The position numbers and the translations under genes were made by a program. Below the pieces are notes generated by a model, which saw only the letters and a program-made list of their open reading frames with translations, was not told where the DNA came from and searched no databases. 29,457 nucleotides of DNA from a virus, in the IMG/VR virus record IMGVR_UViG_3300012932_000063. One strand, written 5' to 3'. Of the stretch, positions 25,528-29,457 are shown piece after piece; position 1 is the first letter of the stretch; every line of letters begins with the position of its first letter.

Positions 25528-26349
25528 CTATACACCCCACCCCCATATTTGTTTAACGCCTGCTGCACTTACACCTGCATTAATCCTGAACTGTGTGTCA
25601 TTCACAATCAAAAGCTCTTTCCAATTATTAAGAGTATGAAACTGAATTTTATTGTTTGCTATAACCACACTGCCAGGAAAAGCAGCACATAAATTCACAG
25701 TGTCAACGGTAGTACCTGAACCATGATTATCATAAGTCACAAATATTATATCATAATCACTAAAAATTTTACCCGCATTCAAAGTATAGGTAGTACTTGA
25801 AGAAACAGTAGTAACTCTACCACCAGGTGCAGCCCATAACAATTCAGGATTAGAAGAAAAAGCAGAAGAAGTGGCGGGCTTTTCATAAGTTATAAGAGCA
25901 CTCGCGTCAAAATTGGTTTCTATATAACTCGTTGTCCAATCCGCTTCTGTGGAACTTAACGCTTCCCAGCTACCCTGAAACTCATGCGTTTCAGCATGAG
26001 AGGTGTTAATATTAGTTATATTAAACTGATGACCTGAGACATATAATTTATTAGAGGAGCCTATATCAGAGGGTGCTGCACCATCAATATTAATAAATAT
26101 AGTAGTGGCGTTCACTCCAAATTGACCATTATTGAAAGAACCGGCACTAAATAACCCTGGAGTAGTACGAGCATATCTTCCTAATAAATGTTTATTTTTC
26201 TCACCTAATATATCTGCCACTGTTATATCTGCCCAATCATTTGTGCCTGGATCTATTGCGGTTATTTTTGCATCCAAACGATCTTTTACACCCACATCAG
26301 GCAGATTAGTAGCATCTCTAACAGTAGTTATTCTTGGGTCGTTTGCCAT
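25528..26349 (-). CDS. probable tail fibre or receptor-binding protein
   Basis: Beta-rich; LLW....TYTL....FSDYD.I.V C-terminal module typical of fibre tips. Confidence 0.55.
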   Translation of the reverse strand: MANDPRITTVRDATNLPDVGVKDRLDAKITAIDPGTNDWADITVADILGEKNKHLLGRYARTTPGLFSAGSFNNGQFGVNATTIFINIDGAAPSDIGSSNKLYVSGHQFNITNINTSHAETHEFQGSWEALSSTEADWTTSYIETNFDASALITYEKPATSSAFSSNPELLWAAPGGRVTTVSSSTTYTLNAGKIFSDYDIIFVTYDNHGSGTTVDTVNLCAAFPGSVVIANNKIQFHTLNNWKELLIVNDTQFRINAGVSAAGVKQIWGWGV

Positions 26350-26357
26350 TATTTTCC

Positions 26358-27245
26358 CTATTGTCCAAAAATCATCGCCGCTTTGACTATAGAGGCACCT
26401 GCGTTTTCACCGCCTGGTGACACCACAAAACCTCTACCTTTTCTTCTAATATTAGCATTAGATTCATCATAAGTATCTGTAGGATCAGGTGCTTCCTGTA
26501 TAAATCCTTTAGGTATAGTAGGATGCACAGCTGAATTTTCACTGCCTATAATGCGTTTGCCAACGGTCAACGGGGTGCTAGTGCCATTGATAAATTTTAT
26601 ATCCCACCCTTCAACAGCAATCTTTAATTTACCATAAGATAACCCTAATATAGAACCTATAACTTCCTCATTTTCACCAGCTAATCGAACCGATATATCA
26701 TTGATATTGCTGGTTTCATCTGCAAATGTTACGGCTCTATTAATATAAACTTTATCTAATTGGCCTTTAGTGAGATATAATGTGGTATCCTCAGTAACAG
26801 TAGCCGCGGTGAAAGCGGTAACTTTTTTGACTCTGTTGTCTAAAATATCATAAAAGAAATAGGTTTTAGTGCTGTCATAAGTGTTATCTTCTAACCATTC
26901 TCCAGCGGCTGCAGGTGTGTTTACGGATTCTGAACCCGTTGCACCATGAACTTTACCTAACCACACATTAGCGGCACCAAAAATTATAGCACTAGTAGCA
27001 GGTATAGATACCCAATTTGAACCATCATATCTATAAAACCCTTGAGTTTTTCTTCTGTTACCTATTTTAAAATAAACAGGATTCGTACCATCTGTTTCTA
27101 CAAGATTTTCAACAGATTCCCTGTAAACACCTTTCCAAGCACCTGCAACATCGTCATCGTCGATTATTTCTGAAGTAATTGAATGCTCTACAGGTATTTT
27201 TCGACCTATGGAAGCGGAAATTATCTTTTCTTGAAAATATCCCAT
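26358..27245 (-). CDS. virion-type protein, paralog 3 of a tandem trio (capsid decoration-like C-terminal domain)
   Basis: Shares VWLGK..GA.GS, YINRAVTF, VRLA..IGSILG, DIKFIN, SIVK...FG with its neighbours. Confidence 0.65.
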   Translation of the reverse strand: MGYFQEKIISASIGRKIPVEHSITSEIIDDDDVAGAWKGVYRESVENLVETDGTNPVYFKIGNRRKTQGFYRYDGSNWVSIPATSAIIFGAANVWLGKVHGATGSESVNTPAAAGEWLEDNTYDSTKTYFFYDILDNRVKKVTAFTAATVTEDTTLYLTKGQLDKVYINRAVTFADETSNINDISVRLAGENEEVIGSILGLSYGKLKIAVEGWDIKFINGTSTPLTVGKRIIGSENSAVHPTIPKGFIQEAPDPTDTYDESNANIRRKGRGFVVSPGGENAGASIVKAAMIFGQ

Positions 27246-27249
27246 ATTT

Positions 27250-28146
27250 TTACCATCCTCCGAAAATTAAGCTCACTTTAACTATACTTTGACCAGCGAC
27301 TGATGCTTTAGAAGAATCACTATAGGTTATATGACCTCTGGCATTACTTCTTAATAATTCATTACCAGAAATTAAAGCATAATCAGGTGCCTCCTGTATA
27401 TAACCAGGATTATTATTTACGTTTTTACCTATAATTTTCCTTCCAACAACCAATGGCGCAGTGGTACCATTAATGAATTTTATATCCCATCCGTCTACAG
27501 CTATCTGGAGTTTGTTATAAGTGTAGCCCAAAATAGAACCCACAACAATGCTGTCATCATGTGCCAATCTCACTTTTGGATTAGTGATAGTAAAATCTTC
27601 ATCAAATGTTACAGCTTTATTAATATAAGATTCCGCCAAATTACCCTTGACGATTTGTATTTGACCAGGCGCAACGTATTTAATAACTTCTTCTACTTCA
27701 TCTGATTCAGAATTGTAAAAATAATATACATTGCTGCTGCTATAATTATTACTGTTAAAATAAGTTAGCAAAGAAGAATATGATGTCACTTGAGCAGAAC
27801 CAGTGGCACCATTGTTTTTACCAAGCCACACCACTGTTCTAGGTGGTATACCAGGATCCGTAGATACTTTAGTAGTATCAAATACGTTAACATCAGTCGG
27901 GGTAATATCAACCCAAGAGGTAGTGTTCCTGTATCTAAAAATATGACTGGTTGAGTTAAAATGTAATTTTGTTCTGATTGGTGGTGAACCGGGTAAATCT
28001 GCAAAATCCACATCGTCCAAGTCTCTGGTAGAAACACCAGCATAATCATCAGCGCCTACATCAGCTGAAGTTATTGTTTCTCTTTCTAAGATAGGATTCG
28101 CACCACCTGGTACTCCAGAAAGAATTTGTTGTTGAAAATATGCCAT
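27250..28146 (-). CDS. virion-type protein, paralog 2 of the trio
   Basis: Same conserved blocks. Confidence 0.65.
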   Translation of the reverse strand: MAYFQQQILSGVPGGANPILERETITSADVGADDYAGVSTRDLDDVDFADLPGSPPIRTKLHFNSTSHIFRYRNTTSWVDITPTDVNVFDTTKVSTDPGIPPRTVVWLGKNNGATGSAQVTSYSSLLTYFNSNNYSSSNVYYFYNSESDEVEEVIKYVAPGQIQIVKGNLAESYINKAVTFDEDFTITNPKVRLAHDDSIVVGSILGYTYNKLQIAVDGWDIKFINGTTAPLVVGRKIIGKNVNNNPGYIQEAPDYALISGNELLRSNARGHITYSDSSKASVAGQSIVKVSLIFGGW

Positions 28147-28149
28147 ATT

Positions 28150-28998
28150 TTACCAAGCTCCAAATTTCATAACAGATTTGACAATGCCGATACCGGATTG
28201 TCCATCTAAACCAGAATGAATAATTTTGCCCCTTGATTTAGCCAAATTAGATTCAATGGTCCCCGCTTGCTGCACATAACCACCTTTGTTATCATAAGTA
28301 TGCCCTATTATTTTTGAACCAATGGGTATAGAATAATCTGTGGCGTTAATAAATTTAATATTATCGCCAGTGACATGTATTTGCAGGCGTTTATTGCTAT
28401 AACCCAAAATAGAACCTATCACCATTTCATTATCACCAGCTAATCTAACAACAGGATTATTAATATTAAACGGATAACCATCAAAAGTGACAGCTCTGTT
28501 AATATATTCTTTGTCCAATTTACCATTCACAATAGAGATTTTGAAAACCATGTCGCTATCATAAGAAGTCACTTTCTTGATGTTACCTACACCATCATGC
28601 AAATTAGTGTTATCATAATAATAGAACGTCTGACTGGTATCCAAAGAGGTAGAGGCAAGAAATTCTAAAAGACTAGTTAAATCATTCACTTTTTCTGAAC
28701 CAAGGGCACCATCGTTTTTACCAAGCCACACACCATTAGAACCCAAAATATTCTGATGTGTGGGTAAAAGGATCTCCCACCTCCTATTAGAATCTGTCCA
28801 ACCTTTAAAAATCTCATTAGTGCGATCAAAATATATAGGATCAGTATCATCGTTTGGTACATTACCTTCTTCACTAAAATCAAAATCGCCTTCCCAATCA
28901 CCGGGTATATCTGCGTCTACTAACGGTGCAGATGTAACACTACCAATTGTGCCACCAGGTATAGCACTAAGTATTTGTTGCGGATCATAATAATTCAT
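28150..28998 (-). CDS. virion-type protein, paralog 1 of the trio
   Basis: Same conserved blocks; start set at MNYYDPQQILS to align with MAYFQQQILS. Confidence 0.65.
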   Translation of the reverse strand: MNYYDPQQILSAIPGGTIGSVTSAPLVDADIPGDWEGDFDFSEEGNVPNDDTDPIYFDRTNEIFKGWTDSNRRWEILLPTHQNILGSNGVWLGKNDGALGSEKVNDLTSLLEFLASTSLDTSQTFYYYDNTNLHDGVGNIKKVTSYDSDMVFKISIVNGKLDKEYINRAVTFDGYPFNINNPVVRLAGDNEMVIGSILGYSNKRLQIHVTGDNIKFINATDYSIPIGSKIIGHTYDNKGGYVQQAGTIESNLAKSRGKIIHSGLDGQSGIGIVKSVMKFGAW

Positions 28999-29050
28999 CA
29001 GCATCTTCAGATTTGGAAACCCCAATCTTTAGATTGGAGAGGAAAATCTG
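28998..29050 (-). mobile_element. IS200/IS605-type element end hairpin
   Basis: TTCCTCTCCAATC-TAAA-GATTGGGGTTTCC flanked by CAGATTT/AAATCTG, overlapping the IsrB/IscB stop codon. Confidence 0.7.
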
Positions 29051-29457
29051 CTCCAGTGGTAATTAAAGTTAAGGCGTGTAAGAATCTTAAAGGATTCTCT
29101 TTTTGCCGTTGTTGTTAGCCTTTTATTTTCAAGGCTATAGAGAGAAAACAAACCTTTCGCATTTACACCAGCCAAACGTGTTATACCGTACTTAACATGT
29201 TTTATCAAAGAGTTTTTGATAAGTCCATGTCCTAATACCGTGCCACCATATTCAGTGCGTTTACCTCCAGTCCCTGGCTTTTCTTCTTTGTGAAGTTTGC
29301 GCCTATGTATATTAATAGGCGATACACATAGTAAATCTTTGTTTTCCACATTAGAAGAAGAAGAACCTCCCACAACAGAATACGCCAAACACCAGCTATC
29401 TACACAATGAGCATCAAAGGTTTCTGCCGTCTTATCCCTGGCCTTCTTAAGTCCAAG
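29029..29457 (-). CDS. C-terminal part of an RRXRR-family OMEGA nuclease (IsrB/IscB-like), 5' truncated by window
   Basis: Frame is open to the window edge: LGLKKARDKTAETFDAHCVDSWCLA (RuvC-III H..D), RRKLH, GGKR..YGGT, KH.KYG. Confidence 0.8.
   Translation of the reverse strand, partial: LGLKKARDKTAETFDAHCVDSWCLAYSVVGGSSSSNVENKDLLCVSPINIHRRKLHKEEKPGTGGKRTEYGGTVLGHGLIKNSLIKHVKYGITRLAGVNAKGLFSLYSLENKRLTTTAKRESFKILTRLNFNYHWSRFSSPI

Noticed and set aside
1701-28990. Other antisense or nested ORFs in the track (for example 1701, 3693, 6651, 7718, 14287, 18115, 24225, 27786, 28686)
   Set aside because: They overlap better-supported genes that have an RBS and operon packing.
26358-28998. Diversity-generating retroelement acting on the paralogs
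   Set aside because: No reverse transcriptase and no near-identical repeat pair with adenine-specific differences is visible.
1-29457. Alternative genetic code
   Set aside because: TAA, TAG and TGA all end well-packed full-length genes, and coding density is high under the standard code.

Overview
AT-rich segment of what looks like a large dsDNA bacteriophage genome (standard genetic code, consensus sigma70-type promoters, probably a diderm host because an outer-membrane beta-barrel and a lipoprotein are encoded). Two convergent arms meet at about 12.63 kb. The + arm (1-12631) carries replication, recombination and nucleotide genes: a primase-like C-terminus, a degenerate RNase H-like exonuclease, a probable ssDNA-annealing protein, a Dam-like methyltransferase, RusA, two CAT tRNAs, an atypical thymidylate kinase, MazG-like, GNAT, DUF4326 and HTH proteins. 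The - arm carries the 3' end of an IS200/IS605 IsrB/IscB (RRXRR) element, three paralogous virion-type proteins, tail-like proteins and a metallopeptidase lipoprotein. After these comes the most unusual block (about 17.0-22.85 kb, with its own promoter): five histidine-rich helical-hairpin paralogs, a beta/gamma-crystallin-like protein, a beta-barrel, DUF805 and a tandem DUF2589 pair, one member with an Asp-rich repeat tail. Downstream are tRNA-Pro, a membrane-anchored T4-type lysozyme flanked by two paralogs, translation initiation factor IF-1 and a catalytically dead CHAP-like protein. A solo copy of the IS end hairpin sits at 2314-2354. All family calls come from motif recognition by eye, not from database searches.
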